Below are positions 24,992 to 34,857 of a DNA stretch of 54,276 nt, piece after piece. This stretch comes from a virus. Its lineage: Duplodnaviria; Caudoviricetes. The notes under the pieces were generated by a model, which was given only the letters and a program-made list of their open reading frames with translations, searched no databases and was not told where the DNA came from. Numbering within the stretch: position 1 is the stretch's first letter; every line of letters starts with the position of its first letter. Both the position numbers and the translations under genes were made by a program. The stretch covers positions 1 to 54,276 of IMG/VR virus record IMGVR_UViG_3300045020_000038, one strand, 5' to 3'.

Positions 24992-26505
24992 AAATTACCA
25001 GTCAAGTCGTAGCAGGATTCGTGGGTAGTCTGCTGGCACCGAACTTCGAAGATAGTTGTGCTTCTCCGGAGTTTCACCACGAAGTGTGGGATCTGTGTTG
25101 CAGCAACGAACGATTCGTCGCCATAGCAGCCCCTCGTGGACACGCTAAATCGACCGCTGTGACGTTCGGATATGGTCTAGCTACCCTCCTATTCAGGGAG
25201 CGTAAGTTCATGCTCCTGGTGTCTGATACAGAGTCTCAGGCGGCTCTTTTCCTGGGGAATATCAAGAATGCCCTCCAGGATAACCAGCAACTGATCGAAC
25301 TGTTTGGATTGAAGCGTAATCTGGCTGGACAGGTAGCCTTTGTAAAAGATAGCGAAACTGACATCATTGTAGAATTTGATGACGGACATAGATTCCGTAT
25401 TATCGCTAAAGGCTCAGAACAGAAACTTCGTGGTCTTCTCTGGAATAACTCCCGTCCCGATATTATTATCGGTGATGACATGGAGAATGATGAACTGGTA
25501 ATGAACAAGGAGCGTCGTCTCAAGTTCAAGAAGTGGGTAAACAATGCCTTGCTTCCCTGCCGGTCAGACAAAGGTATCATTCGCTTCGTGGGAACTATTC
25601 TCCATATGGACAGTATGCTGGAAGGCTTGATGCCCAAACTATACGACAAGAAGACAATCACAGAACCACTGAAACAGTATTCTAGTCGTCGTAATATGTG
25701 GAAATCGATTAAGTATCGTGCCCACAGTGATGACTTCAAGCAGATCCTTTGGCCACAGAAGAAGACGGCTGAAGAATTCAAGATGCTCCGCCAACAGGCT
25801 TTTGATAACGGGATGCCCGATGGATACAGTCAGGAATATCTCAACATACCAATTGATGAAAGTACCACGTACTTCCGCCGAACAGATTTCCTTCCCATGC
25901 GGGAAGAAGATTATAAATCCCCTTGCCGCTATTACATTACAGCGGACCTGGCGATCTCTGACAAGGAAACAGCAGATTACTCTGTATTTGTGGTCGGAGC
26001 AGTGGATGAAGACAAACGAATCCAGATCCGGAATGTTATCCGCGAACGCATGGATGGCCGGGAAATTGTCGACACCCTCCTGATGCTTCAGAAGCTGTAT
26101 CAACCTGAGGCTATTGGTATTGAGGAAATGCAGGTCTCCAAGGCCATTGGTCCGTTCCTTCGGGAAGAGATGATCAAGAACAATAACTTCATTTCTCTGT
26201 ATCCCTTGAAACATGGTGGTAAGGATAAGATCACCCGGGCACGTTCCATTCAGGCTCGTATGCGAGCAAGTGGATGTAAGTTTGATAAGGCTGGGGACTG
26301 GTATCTAACCTTCGAAGATGAATTGATGCGCTTTCCTCGGGACAAGCATGATGACCAGGTTGATGCCTTTAGTTATCTCGGTTTGATGCTCGATGTAATT
26401 ATTGAAGCTCCTACAGTCAAAGAACTTGAAGAAGAGGAATACCAGGAAGAATACGAAAAGTCTGGTATGAACAACCAAGGACAATGTGAAAGTACAGGAT
26501 ACTGA
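24988..26505 (+). CDS. terL: terminase large subunit
   Basis: Walker A APRGHAKST, RPDIIIGDDME, SQEYLN, ADLA, HDDQVDA. Confidence 0.95.
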   Translation: MKITSQVVAGFVGSLLAPNFEDSCASPEFHHEVWDLCCSNERFVAIAAPRGHAKSTAVTFGYGLATLLFRERKFMLLVSDTESQAALFLGNIKNALQDNQQLIELFGLKRNLAGQVAFVKDSETDIIVEFDDGHRFRIIAKGSEQKLRGLLWNNSRPDIIIGDDMENDELVMNKERRLKFKKWVNNALLPCRSDKGIIRFVGTILHMDSMLEGLMPKLYDKKTITEPLKQYSSRRNMWKSIKYRAHSDDFKQILWPQKKTAEEFKMLRQQAFDNGMPDGYSQEYLNIPIDESTTYFRRTDFLPMREEDYKSPCRYYITADLAISDKETADYSVFVVGAVDEDKRIQIRNVIRERMDGREIVDTLLMLQKLYQPEAIGIEEMQVSKAIGPFLREEMIKNNNFISLYPLKHGGKDKITRARSIQARMRASGCKFDKAGDWYLTFEDELMRFPRDKHDDQVDAFSYLGLMLDVIIEAPTVKELEEEEYQEEYEKSGMNNQGQCESTGY

Positions 26506-26507
26506 TT

Positions 26508-28796
26508 ATGCCTATTAATGGAACGCCCGGTGGGGCTATGCAAGCGATGCAAGCTGGCTCCCAAGGTGGGGGCTTTGATCCTAACCAGGATCCGTACAAT
26601 CTGGCTGACGTAGCTCAACAAGCGGGCCAACAACAGCAACAGATGAATCAGATGCCGCAGCAGCCGCAACAGCCTGATATCCCTCACCCAGATCAACAAC
26701 AACCTCACCAACGTCTGCGTGGTTTCATCGAATCTGTTAACATCGCTGAAAAGCTGGATGAACAGACCTTGATGAAGATTGGCCATGATTGTGCCGAGGG
26801 GTTTGAAGTTGATCTGATGAGTCGAGATGTCTGGGAACGGAAGATCAATGAATACACTAAACTGGCTCAGCAACTTCAGGAACAACGGACATATCCTTGG
26901 CCTAAAGCCAGTAATGTTAAGTACCCACTCCTTTCGACTGCTGCTATGCAGTTTGCTGCTCGGGCTTATCCTACCTTGGTTCCTTCTGATGGTAAAATTG
27001 TACTGGGGCAAGTGATTGGTAAAGATCCCGATGATGCTAAACAAGATCAGGCTGATCGTATTAGTACTTACATGTCTTATGACATTATGCATCAGATGAA
27101 GGGTTGGGAAGAAGGTATGGATAAACTCCTTATCATGCTCCCGATTGTTGGTACTATCTTCAAGAAAACCTATTGGGATCCTATCAAGAAACAGAATTGC
27201 AGCCATGTATTGATGCCCAAGAATGTAGTGGTTAATTATTGGGCTACCGATCTGTGTGATGCTGAACGGGTCAGTGAAATGATCCCGATGACCAAGCGTC
27301 AGATCAAACAACGCAAGATGAGCAAGTTGTTTTGTGAAGATGTGGATCTGGGAGCTCCTCCGAGCATTCCTTTTGATTTACATCCAAAACAAACTCAGTG
27401 GATGCCTAGTAATGACGACACTACTCCTTATGAAATCATTGAGCAGCATTGTTACTACGATCTTGATGATGATGGGTATGCTGAACCTTATATTGTTACC
27501 TTTCACAGGCAGACTCGTAAGGTTCTCCGGATTACCGCGCGTTTTGATGAAAACACTATGTTGTTTAACGACGATGGTAGTCTGGCTGGGATTGAGCCTA
27601 TTCATTACTATACCAAGTTTGGGTTCATCCCAAGCCCTGATGGGGGTTTTTATGACATCGGCTTTGGCATGCTTCTCGGCCCGCTTAATGAATCAGTTAA
27701 CACCCTCATCAACCAATTGATCGACAGTGGTACACTTAATAACCTCCAATCTGGTTTTATCGGTAAGGGTCTTCGTCTGCGCATGGGTGATATGCGTTTT
27801 ATGCCTGGTCAATGGCAAGCGGTAAATGCTGTTGGAGATGACCTGAAGAAACAGATCTTCCCGCTCCCGACCAAGGAGCCTAGCCCCGTGTTGTTCAACC
27901 TCATGGGCACCCTCATTACCTCTGGTAAGGAACTAGCTTCTGTTGCTGATATCTTCACTGGTAAGATGCCTGGACAGAACACTCCTGCTACCACAACGAT
28001 GGCCACAGTTGAGCAGGGAATGAAGGTCTTCACCGCGATCTATAAACGGATCTATCGGGCTTTGGCCGAAGAGTTCTGTAAACTCTTTAAGTTAAATGCA
28101 ACTTATCTGAATCCCCAGACCTATAGTGCTGTGGTTAACGAACCTATTGGACCAGATGATTTTGATGAAACCACGTATCGAGTTATCCCGGCGGCTGATC
28201 CCAATGCAGTCAGTGCGCAGGAGAAACTGCAGAAAGCACAGGGTCTGCTTGAACTGTTGCCTATTGGAGTACTCGATCCTGTACAGGTTATCACACGAGT
28301 GCTTAAAGCACAAGAACAGCCGAATTATGAGCAGTTGTTCAACCAGGCAGTTCAACAGACAGGTCAAATGCCTCCGCCGCCACCTGACCCGAAGGCGCAG
28401 GAACTACAGATGAAAGCTCAGGCTCAGCAACAAGATGCTCAGCTTAAGATGGTAATGGGTCAACAAAAGATGGAACTGGAAGGACGTAGCGCTGAACAGA
28501 AGATGGCTATGCAAGCTCAGGAACATCAGCAGGAAATGCAGTTCAAGCAACAGGAAGCACAGATTGGTGCTCAAGCCCAACTTCACCAGACACAAGCCCA
28601 GATTCAGGGTGAATTGATGAAGAATAAGGCGGAAGCCCAGATGCATCAACAAACGTTGCAACATGGCGAAGAAGATCATAAAGCTCAGTTGCAGCATGGT
28701 GAAGAAGCCCATAAGGCCACCATCCAACAGAAGAAGGAGACTTCCAAATTAGCAGCCCAATCCAAATCTTCGCCGACTGGCGCAAAGAAGAAGTAA
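26508..28796 (+). CDS. portal protein (P22-like, long Gln-rich C-terminal coiled coil)
   Basis: follows TerL; PWPKASNV, GFYDIGFG, NQLID, TATTTMA motifs; 762 aa. Confidence 0.9.
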   Translation: MPINGTPGGAMQAMQAGSQGGGFDPNQDPYNLADVAQQAGQQQQQMNQMPQQPQQPDIPHPDQQQPHQRLRGFIESVNIAEKLDEQTLMKIGHDCAEGFEVDLMSRDVWERKINEYTKLAQQLQEQRTYPWPKASNVKYPLLSTAAMQFAARAYPTLVPSDGKIVLGQVIGKDPDDAKQDQADRISTYMSYDIMHQMKGWEEGMDKLLIMLPIVGTIFKKTYWDPIKKQNCSHVLMPKNVVVNYWATDLCDAERVSEMIPMTKRQIKQRKMSKLFCEDVDLGAPPSIPFDLHPKQTQWMPSNDDTTPYEIIEQHCYYDLDDDGYAEPYIVTFHRQTRKVLRITARFDENTMLFNDDGSLAGIEPIHYYTKFGFIPSPDGGFYDIGFGMLLGPLNESVNTLINQLIDSGTLNNLQSGFIGKGLRLRMGDMRFMPGQWQAVNAVGDDLKKQIFPLPTKEPSPVLFNLMGTLITSGKELASVADIFTGKMPGQNTPATTTMATVEQGMKVFTAIYKRIYRALAEEFCKLFKLNATYLNPQTYSAVVNEPIGPDDFDETTYRVIPAADPNAVSAQEKLQKAQGLLELLPIGVLDPVQVITRVLKAQEQPNYEQLFNQAVQQTGQMPPPPPDPKAQELQMKAQAQQQDAQLKMVMGQQKMELEGRSAEQKMAMQAQEHQQEMQFKQQEAQIGAQAQLHQTQAQIQGELMKNKAEAQMHQQTLQHGEEDHKAQLQHGEEAHKATIQQKKETSKLAAQSKSSPTGAKKK

Positions 28797-28981
28797 CTGT
28801 TGCTGTGTTTGAATACCTGAAGACACTACGTGATACAGCCCTTCAGGACCTAGAGTTTAATGCTGGCAAAGATGCCCTACATGACCGCTGGAATGCGGGC
28901 CTCCTTGCTGGAATTAATGAAGTGCTCAACATGAGAGCAGATTCTATTTTAGACGAGGAGAGTCAAGAAAATGACTATTAA
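28748..28981 (+). CDS. 77-aa post-portal protein, ATT start
   Basis: AAGGAG-8 nt-ATT; (I)SSPIQIFADWRKEEVTVAVFEYLK...ENDY; fills the portal-GroES gap. Confidence 0.7.
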   Translation: MSSPIQIFADWRKEEVTVAVFEYLKTLRDTALQDLEFNAGKDALHDRWNAGLLAGINEVLNMRADSILDEESQENDY

Positions 28982-29324
28982 AGCCGTATTGCACCGATTG
29001 GTGGTACAACCTGTAGATATTGAAGTCTACGACGATGTGGCAATCAAGATGAAAGAACTGGGCTTCGCTCAAGCAAAGACTGAGGAAACCAAATATCTTC
29101 ATACTCAGATTGATCAGGGTTATGTTCTGGATGTAGGCCCTACAGCCTTCCTGGATTATGTAAAGAAGCATGATCTGGCAGTTCCAGTCAAAGTAGGTAC
29201 TCTCGTTACCTATGCTCGTCATAGTGGTAAAGCAGTAAAAGAAGATCCGCGCAAGGATGATTACGTTGTTATTCTGAATGACGAAGACATCTTGTGCATT
29301 CATGAGGAGACTCAAAATGGCTAA
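28971..29324 (+). CDS. GroES-like co-chaperonin
   Basis: IKAVLHRLVVQP...GYVLDVGP...VKVGTLVTYARHSG...ILNDEDILC matches the Cpn10 pattern. Confidence 0.85.
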   Translation: MTIKAVLHRLVVQPVDIEVYDDVAIKMKELGFAQAKTEETKYLHTQIDQGYVLDVGPTAFLDYVKKHDLAVPVKVGTLVTYARHSGKAVKEDPRKDDYVVILNDEDILCIHEETQNG

Positions 29325-30099
29325 TGATCCCAAGAATGAACAAGGCATTAAGATCGAAGGTGAAGCACTTACTCCGGTACAACAAGAAGCCCTGGAACAG
29401 GGTTGGGTACCTAAAGATGAGTTTGATGGTGATCCGGAACGATTCGTAGATGCTGGTGAATTTCTCCGTCGTGGAGAACTCTTCCGAAAGATTGAATCCC
29501 AATCCAAGGAAATGAAGGATATGCGCCGTGCTTTGGCTGAACTTGCGAAACATAATTCCAAGATTGCTGAAGTAGAATACAAACGTGCTATTGCAGATCT
29601 GAAAGCACAAAAGAAGACAGCGCTCTCTGAAGGAGACGCAGATAAAGTTGTAGAGATCGATGATAAGTTGGATCTCGTAAAAGATCAACAACGACTAGCC
29701 TCACAACAAGCAGTACAACAGGCAATTCCGCAAGAAGTTCATCCTGAACTGCAGAATTGGATCTCGAATAACTCCTGGTATGAAACCAATAAGGGTATGC
29801 GAGGTTGGGCAGATGCCCGTGGTGTCGAACTTGCTGAAGAAGGTAAGTCCCCCCGAGAAGTCCTTAAGGCTCTCGAAAAAGAAGTCAAAGATCGTTTTAA
29901 AGAGAAGTTCACCAACCCTAATCGGGAACGTGCTGGTGCTGTTGAAGGAGTCCGTGGACGTCCTGCTGCAAGCAAATCAGATGATTCCTATGAGTTGACT
30001 GATACCGAAAGAACGATTATGAATACTCTGGTGAACCAGAAGGTTCTTACCAAGGAAGAGTATATCAAGCAGCTCAAAGCTGTTAAAGAACGTAACTAA
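29317..30099 (+). CDS. putative scaffolding protein
   Basis: GAGGAG RBS; charged coiled coil; GWVP and NSWY motifs; lies between portal and capsid. Confidence 0.75.
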   Translation: MANDPKNEQGIKIEGEALTPVQQEALEQGWVPKDEFDGDPERFVDAGEFLRRGELFRKIESQSKEMKDMRRALAELAKHNSKIAEVEYKRAIADLKAQKKTALSEGDADKVVEIDDKLDLVKDQQRLASQQAVQQAIPQEVHPELQNWISNNSWYETNKGMRGWADARGVELAEEGKSPREVLKALEKEVKDRFKEKFTNPNRERAGAVEGVRGRPAASKSDDSYELTDTERTIMNTLVNQKVLTKEEYIKQLKAVKERN

Positions 30100-30117
30100 C
30101 CCCAGAGGGATCATACA

Positions 30118-30552
30118 ATGGTAAACCGTAAAACCGCACAAGACGAATCAACTGTGACGAGAGCTCGTCCGAAACGTACTCCTGTTGGGGCACGTCCTAG
30201 GCTACATCTGGAAGGTAAAGATCCCAACTTCGAATATCGTTGGGTTAATGATACTCCAGGTAATGTCTCAACGTATAAATATCATGGATGGCAACTCTGT
30301 ACAAATGATGAAGTAGATACGGGTAACTTCCGGGCTGAACAAGCTACCGAAGTTGGCTCTCTTGCTTCCGCAATCGTAGATGGTGGGAATGGTCTTAAAG
30401 CATATGTTATGAAGATTTCTAAGGAAGAATTCCAGGAAATCCAGGACTATTATGAAGAGATCAATCGCTCCACCGAAGAGACAATGCATCCGAATCGTAA
30501 CGATGGCGAATATGGTAAAATTGAAATTGATCGCTCTGGTCGACGGATTTAA
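30118..30552 (+). CDS. conserved-looking head-module protein
   Basis: PNFEYRWVND...GW...VMKI motif. Confidence 0.75.
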   Translation: MVNRKTAQDESTVTRARPKRTPVGARPRLHLEGKDPNFEYRWVNDTPGNVSTYKYHGWQLCTNDEVDTGNFRAEQATEVGSLASAIVDGGNGLKAYVMKISKEEFQEIQDYYEEINRSTEETMHPNRNDGEYGKIEIDRSGRRI

Positions 30553-30595
30553 CCTTACTCAGCCATCACTGTAAATTATTTTTGGAGATTTATAA

Positions 30596-31201
30596 ATGGC
30601 TAACGTAAGTCGTATTAACGGGTTCACGCCCGTTCTGCACTTCGATGGTTCTCCTTGGAATGGACAAGTTCGTCGGTATGTTACTGGTACTGGTGATGCA
30701 ACTCCGATCTTCAAGGGTGACCTCGTAACACTTGCTGCAGTAACTGATCAACCTGGTGCTGTTGCCTATCAAGGTAACGTTGGTGGTACCCAGGGTGTTA
30801 CTAAAGCAACTATTGGTGCGTCTAACCCGGTTGTTGGTGTAGCAGTTGGTTTTATGATTAACCCGCTTAACCTCAACAGCCCCCAATATCGTCTAGCATC
30901 GACTGCTATCTATGTTTTGGTAGTTGACGATCCGACGGTCATTTTCGAAGTCCAATCAGGCGCGGCTGCAAGTCCGACTGATTTGAACAGCAATGGTGTT
31001 GTTACTGACAATGGTGGTTCTACTGTGACTGGTGTTTCTGGTCAGTTTGTGAGCGCCTATGGTACATCGGCTACTAACCAGGTTAAGGTAATGGGCGCTG
31101 TACAACGAGTCGATAATGATATCACTTCCACGAACTACAAGATCTTGGTGAGTTTGAACAATCATCAATACTCTGGTGGTACTGGTACTGCTGGCGTCTA
31201 A
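30596..31201 (+). CDS. putative capsid decoration/minor capsid protein
   Basis: MAN...GFTP, IFKGDLV, VVDDP.VIFEVQ; immediately upstream of the major capsid gene. Confidence 0.7.
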   Translation: MANVSRINGFTPVLHFDGSPWNGQVRRYVTGTGDATPIFKGDLVTLAAVTDQPGAVAYQGNVGGTQGVTKATIGASNPVVGVAVGFMINPLNLNSPQYRLASTAIYVLVVDDPTVIFEVQSGAAASPTDLNSNGVVTDNGGSTVTGVSGQFVSAYGTSATNQVKVMGAVQRVDNDITSTNYKILVSLNNHQYSGGTGTAGV

Positions 31202-31213
31202 GGAGAATAGAAA

Positions 31214-32128
31214 ATGGCAAGTATTATCAATAGTTCGAGCTTTGCAAAAGCTCTTTGGCCTGGCGTAAATGCCTGGTGGGGTAAGGCTTACGATGAGTAT
31301 CCTGTTGAATGGGATAAACTCTTCGAGAAGTTTACTTCGCGGAAGCAGTATGAAGAAGATGTTGGTATCTCTTCGTTCGGTCTGGCATCGGTTAAGCCTG
31401 AAGGCTCGCCGATCACGTATGATGGTGAAACCCAAACCTTCACGACTCGCTACACTCACATCGTCTATGCTATCGGGTTTATTATCACCCGAGAAATCAT
31501 GGAAGATGATCAATATGATGTAGTTGGTCAGCGTAAGGCACAAGGTCTTGCTTTCTCGGTTCGTCAGACGAAGGAAGTCAACGGTGCTAACGTGTACAAC
31601 CGTGCATTCAATGCATCGTATGTTGGTGGTGATAATGTCTCGATGGTAAACTCGGCTCACCCCCTGTTTGCTGGTGGCACGTTCTCCAACCAGATCGCGA
31701 CTGCTGCTGACCTGAGCGAAGCTGCTCTGGAACAAGCATGTATCGATATCGCCAACTTCACGAATGACCGTGGTCTGCGTATTGCAGTTCGTCCGGAATC
31801 GCTGATTCTTCCGATTCAACTTGAATTCGAAGCTGAGCGTATCCTGAAGACGGAACGTCGTGTTTCGAGTAACCTGAACGATGTCAATGCACTGAAAGAA
31901 ACTGGTCGTTTCCCGAAGGGCATCATCCTCAACCACTACTTCACCAACCCGCTTGCATGGTTCATCCGCACGGACGTGAAGAACGGTCTGAAGATGTTTG
32001 AACGTCGTGGTGATGAATTTGAAATGGATAACGATTTCGATACTGAAAACGCCCGTTTCAAAGCAACCTCGCGTTACAGCTTTGGTTGGACTGATCCTCG
32101 TTGCATCTATGCTTCACCGGGTGTGTGA
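31214..32128 (+). CDS. major capsid protein
   Basis: AGGAG RBS, strongly biased codons, KPEG, ITREIMEDDQY, RYSFGWTDPR. Confidence 0.9.
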   Translation: MASIINSSSFAKALWPGVNAWWGKAYDEYPVEWDKLFEKFTSRKQYEEDVGISSFGLASVKPEGSPITYDGETQTFTTRYTHIVYAIGFIITREIMEDDQYDVVGQRKAQGLAFSVRQTKEVNGANVYNRAFNASYVGGDNVSMVNSAHPLFAGGTFSNQIATAADLSEAALEQACIDIANFTNDRGLRIAVRPESLILPIQLEFEAERILKTERRVSSNLNDVNALKETGRFPKGIILNHYFTNPLAWFIRTDVKNGLKMFERRGDEFEMDNDFDTENARFKATSRYSFGWTDPRCIYASPGV

Positions 32129-32134
32129 TAAATC

Positions 32135-32152
32135 GCAGCTCTTCGGGGCTGC
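32135..32152 (+). terminator. C(UUCG)G hairpin after the capsid gene
   Basis: GCAGCTC-TTCG-GGGCTGC then TTCTT. Confidence 0.55.
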
Positions 32153-32169
32153 TTCTTCTGGAGATTTAA

Positions 32170-32631
32170 ATGGGTATTAAGAATGTAGCGGATCTGATTT
32201 CGCTTAACCCCAGTTATCCGGACGCACAGAATCCCGTTCGTAAGTCTCGCCTTGTAGTTCCGTTCCAGGTTCTTCGCACGAATACGACTGCTATTAAAGT
32301 AGCGGTACTTCCTGCTGATGCAACCATCGTTGGCTTTACCTGGTTTATCCAGACGGCCTCGAATGCAACGACGACTGCAACGGTAACGCTTACCGGCCAA
32401 GGTGTGGGTCCGACTGGACAGACGTTTGCTTTTGGTTCACAAAACGTTTTGGTTACTGGTACGTATTTGATGAATTCCACCGTGAATATCCTGACGGGTA
32501 CTTTCAATCTGGAGCGGCCTCCGGCAGTCCAGACATCTGGTGATATCATCATTTATGCAACGTATGCCGAAACCGGTACGGCTTCCACGACTGGTGGACC
32601 GTTCTATTGCATTATTGATTACGTTCGTTAA
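32170..32631 (+). CDS. putative virion structural protein
   Basis: GGAG RBS, Thr-rich beta protein. Confidence 0.75.
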   Translation: MGIKNVADLISLNPSYPDAQNPVRKSRLVVPFQVLRTNTTAIKVAVLPADATIVGFTWFIQTASNATTTATVTLTGQGVGPTGQTFAFGSQNVLVTGTYLMNSTVNILTGTFNLERPPAVQTSGDIIIYATYAETGTASTTGGPFYCIIDYVR

Positions 32632-32634
32632 TCT

Positions 32635-32656
32635 GGCAGCCTCTTCGGAGGCTGTT
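32635..32656 (+). terminator. C(UUCG)G hairpin
   Basis: GGCAGCCTC-TTCG-GAGGCTGTT then TCACTT. Confidence 0.55.
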
Positions 32657-32673
32657 TCACTTGGAGATACTTA

Positions 32674-32988
32674 ATGCGTCCCGTTACGGAAACAGTAACT
32701 GGAGTTGGGACTTCCCCAACTATCCCGATGGATTTTCGGGCACAGAATTTTAATATTGGTTTTGGGTGTGAGGTTACTGGTTCGGTGACGTATTCAGTGC
32801 AGCATACTTTTGACGATATTTATAATCCCTTGATTACACCCGTTTGGTTTAATCATGCATTTGTAGTTGGTGCTACTACGAGTATGGATGGTAACTATGC
32901 CTTCCCAATTCGTGCTATGCGCCTTAACGTTACAGCCGGCACTGGCTCTGTAACCATTAACATTATTTCGTCGTCTGGTCAGGGTTAA
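32674..32988 (+). CDS. putative virion structural protein
   Basis: YSVQHTFDD, FPIRAMRLNVTAGTG. Confidence 0.75.
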   Translation: MRPVTETVTGVGTSPTIPMDFRAQNFNIGFGCEVTGSVTYSVQHTFDDIYNPLITPVWFNHAFVVGATTSMDGNYAFPIRAMRLNVTAGTGSVTINIISSSGQG

Positions 32989-32993
32989 TCATC

Positions 32994-33674
32994 ATGACTA
33001 CAGCCGTCTCTCTCGTTACAGGTGTATCTGGTGCAGGAGTCGGATTTCAACCTCCTAGTTCAAATACAAATCAAGCTGTTGCCACAACGGCCTATGTAAA
33101 TACACAACTCGAATATATTCGATCTACCCTTCCGCTAACAGGTGTAACCGGAGGGGTATATAATCAAGCAACTCTTGGATCTGGCTGTACCTTTGCAATT
33201 CTCTCCTCTGGTGGTGTTATCACTGGTATTGCTACTGTGGTTTCTGGGGGAAATAATTATGTGGTTGGAGATCTTTTGGTCGCCCAAACTGGTAATTATG
33301 ATGCAGTGGTTCGAGTAACATCAGTCAATAGTGGGTCGGTTTTGACACTAGCTGTGGTCTATGGTGGTACTGGTTATACTAATGGTCTCCAAACAACCTC
33401 TGGAGAAATTCCTCCGGGTGAACGTTTTGTACCGATCTTTGGAACACTTACCAGTAATATGACTATTGTGATTGCTGGCGGCCCTTCATTAACGACAACT
33501 CGCCGTCCAATCTTTGCTAATAACACTACTGGGGCTTTTACCGTAACTGTGTTGCTAAGTAATGGTGCTGGGGGTACGGTAGGAACAGGTGTAGTTCTCA
33601 CACAAGGATCTAACAATTCTACTGCCCAAATGGTTGTAACGGATGGACAGGCAGATGTCTGGAAAGTAGCATGA
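32994..33674 (+). CDS. putative tail fibre-related protein
   Basis: VATTAYV motif; Gly/Thr/Val-rich. Confidence 0.7.
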   Translation: MTTAVSLVTGVSGAGVGFQPPSSNTNQAVATTAYVNTQLEYIRSTLPLTGVTGGVYNQATLGSGCTFAILSSGGVITGIATVVSGGNNYVVGDLLVAQTGNYDAVVRVTSVNSGSVLTLAVVYGGTGYTNGLQTTSGEIPPGERFVPIFGTLTSNMTIVIAGGPSLTTTRRPIFANNTTGAFTVTVLLSNGAGGTVGTGVVLTQGSNNSTAQMVVTDGQADVWKVA

Positions 33675-33841
33675 GTGGAGTTACCATTGATCCTAGTGTT
33701 ACCGATGGTCCTTCAGTGGTCGATGGTCCAGGTGTCTCTGAATATGTTTCAACAACTGCTGGTGCCATGCAAGGAGATCTACTTCTTATGACAACAGCAA
33801 TTCTTTTATTGATGACTGGTGGTAGTCTTCTTCTTGTATAA
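33671..33841 (+). CDS. 56-aa structural-module protein
   Basis: ATGA overlap; MSGVTIDPSVTDGP...LLLMTTAILLLMTGGSLLLV. Confidence 0.65.
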   Translation: MSGVTIDPSVTDGPSVVDGPGVSEYVSTTAGAMQGDLLLMTTAILLLMTGGSLLLV

Positions 33842-33849
33842 GGTCTGTT

Positions 33850-34851
33850 ATGGCAGCTAATCAAAATGTAACCCAACTGACGCAGCAAACGGTTAGTGCT
33901 AATACCACATCTCTGTTTTATGCTGTGACGAATGGCACGACAGATACCGGATTACCTTTATCTGTCTTTGTCAATAATCTGGGATTGACAGGAGTTCCCA
34001 CGGCCCCAACGGCAGGATCTCTTATTAATACTACCCAGATAGCAACTGGTGCTTATGTGGCAAGTTTTTATGCACCATTAGCAAGTCCGACTTTTACTGG
34101 TACTCCAACACTACCTACAGGTACTATCGCAGTAACACAGACCGCTGGTAATAATAGTACGGCAGTGGCTACGACCGCCTTTGTTGTAGCTTCTTTTGCT
34201 CCGCTGGCATCTCCTACATTGACCGGTACTCCGTTGGCTCCTACAGCCACCACGGGCACGTCTACGACCCAACTGGCCACGACGGCATTTGTTGGCAATA
34301 GTTTCGCAGCACCCCCGGCGTATGGTACGACAACCCCCGCTGCCGTTCATGCCACTACCATCAGTGCCTCAGGCCTCATCTCGCCGACCAGTACTGTGGG
34401 TATTGCCGGTACGACGGCAGCCGATAATGCTCAGGCCGGCAGTGTGGGCGAGTTCATTTCGTCGATTGTCGTTGCAGGCTCAGCAGTGGCCTTGACCAGC
34501 GGCACACCCGTCAATATCACTTCGATTTCCCTGACGGCGGGCGACTGGGAAGTGCAGGGCGATGCGTATTTCACGGGCGGCGCGTCTACGGTGGGCGTCT
34601 ACCGTGCGGCTTCGGTATCGCAGACGACCGGAACGCTGGACCTGAATGTGCCGAACTACAATATTGCACCGGACTACGCTTCGACTCCGTTCGGAACGAC
34701 GACAGGAAACGCGAGCGGCCTGGGCGTGCTCACGCCCATGATCAGAAAGTCGTTTGCCTCGACGACGACGATTTTTCTTGTCGTGCAGGCAGGGTTTTCG
34801 GTATCGACGGAATCGGCATACGGAATGCTCCGAGCCCGTCGCGTGAGGTAA
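33850..34851 (+). CDS. tail fibre protein with internal repeats
   Basis: repeated (L/F)TG.P.APT and ATTAFV...APLASPT units; GC-rich C-terminal module with SISLTAGDW. Confidence 0.8.
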   Translation: MAANQNVTQLTQQTVSANTTSLFYAVTNGTTDTGLPLSVFVNNLGLTGVPTAPTAGSLINTTQIATGAYVASFYAPLASPTFTGTPTLPTGTIAVTQTAGNNSTAVATTAFVVASFAPLASPTLTGTPLAPTATTGTSTTQLATTAFVGNSFAAPPAYGTTTPAAVHATTISASGLISPTSTVGIAGTTAADNAQAGSVGEFISSIVVAGSAVALTSGTPVNITSISLTAGDWEVQGDAYFTGGASTVGVYRAASVSQTTGTLDLNVPNYNIAPDYASTPFGTTTGNASGLGVLTPMIRKSFASTTTIFLVVQAGFSVSTESAYGMLRARRVR

Positions 34852-34857
34852 CTCACA

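Noticed and set aside
33850-34330. CRISPR array or DGR template/variable repeats
   Set aside because: The repeats are protein-level tail fibre units with synonymous divergence; no spacers and no reverse transcriptase.
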